A program made the translations under genes and the position numbers. This document shows, piece by piece, positions 32,539 to 32,832 of a DNA stretch of 32,832 nt. The stretch lies in contig JAPEUI010000069.1 of NCBI GenBank assembly GCA_026025075.1, positions 62,001 to 94,832 of the forward strand, in the 5' to 3' direction. The notes under the pieces are model-generated. The model made no database searches. It saw nothing but the letters and a program-made list of their open reading frames with translations, and was not told where the DNA came from. This DNA is from Vezdaea acicularis. Lineage: Eukaryota. Position 1 is the stretch's first letter. Every line of letters starts with the position of its first letter.

Positions 32539-32832
32539 GCGACGGTGCTATTTGTCCGCAACGGGCCCGGGACGTCTTGTTCGGCCAGAGCGCGTCCAGC
32601 CGACCGTCGTCGTGCTCTCGTCCGTCTCAGACGAGGGCGCCGCGATGGGAGAAACGGGAGCCAGTGTCGAGAGACGACGGGCCGGCGACTGACCACGGGC
32701 TCACGTTTTCGCAGGCGGGGGGGCAAGGCGGCCGGGTCCCCTTCGAGCGCGCGCCGCCTCGGCCTGCCCCTCCGAAAGCCGCGCGACGACCGCCGATGGT
32801 CCTTGGCGCGAGCGATGGAGGCGCAACTGGCC

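Noticed and set aside
31429..32726. Many overlapping 65-207 aa Arg/Pro/Gly-rich ORFs on both strands
   Set aside because: Typical shadow ORFs of stop-poor GC-rich DNA; translations mirror the simple repeats (TATATAT, VAVAVAV, RRRRRR).

Overview
Eukaryotic, not prokaryotic: a gene-dense stretch of a filamentous ascomycete (Pezizomycotina-type) genome, judged from short introns (mostly 50-71 nt) with GT..CTRAC..YAG signals and the protein families present. I reconstructed 12 protein-coding genes by hand, including splice sites: cytosolic aspartyl-tRNA synthetase, an uncharacterised Cys-rich secreted-type protein, an aquaporin, a PA-TM-RING E3 ligase, a low-complexity hypothetical protein, Gemin2/Brr1, an ING-family PHD protein, ribosomal protein eS12, a Hos4-like ankyrin protein, polyprenol reductase, an ALKBH6-like dioxygenase and the DRG1/Rbg1 GTPase. 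Most are housekeeping genes. I see no tRNA, rRNA, CRISPR array or recognisable transposon. The best leads are: (i) the Cys-rich protein, built like a Kex2-processed precursor of several disulfide-rich peptides; (ii) a steep GC gradient that starts inside RBG1 and ends in a ~2 kb very GC-rich block with repeats, a G-quadruplex motif and a 364-codon orphan ORF; (iii) a GC-AG intron required by the ALKBH6 gene; (iv) a hidden spliced mini-ORF or decayed gene at 11.2-12.3 kb; (v) a few intergenic stem-loops. No complete novel multi-gene system is supported by the sequence alone.
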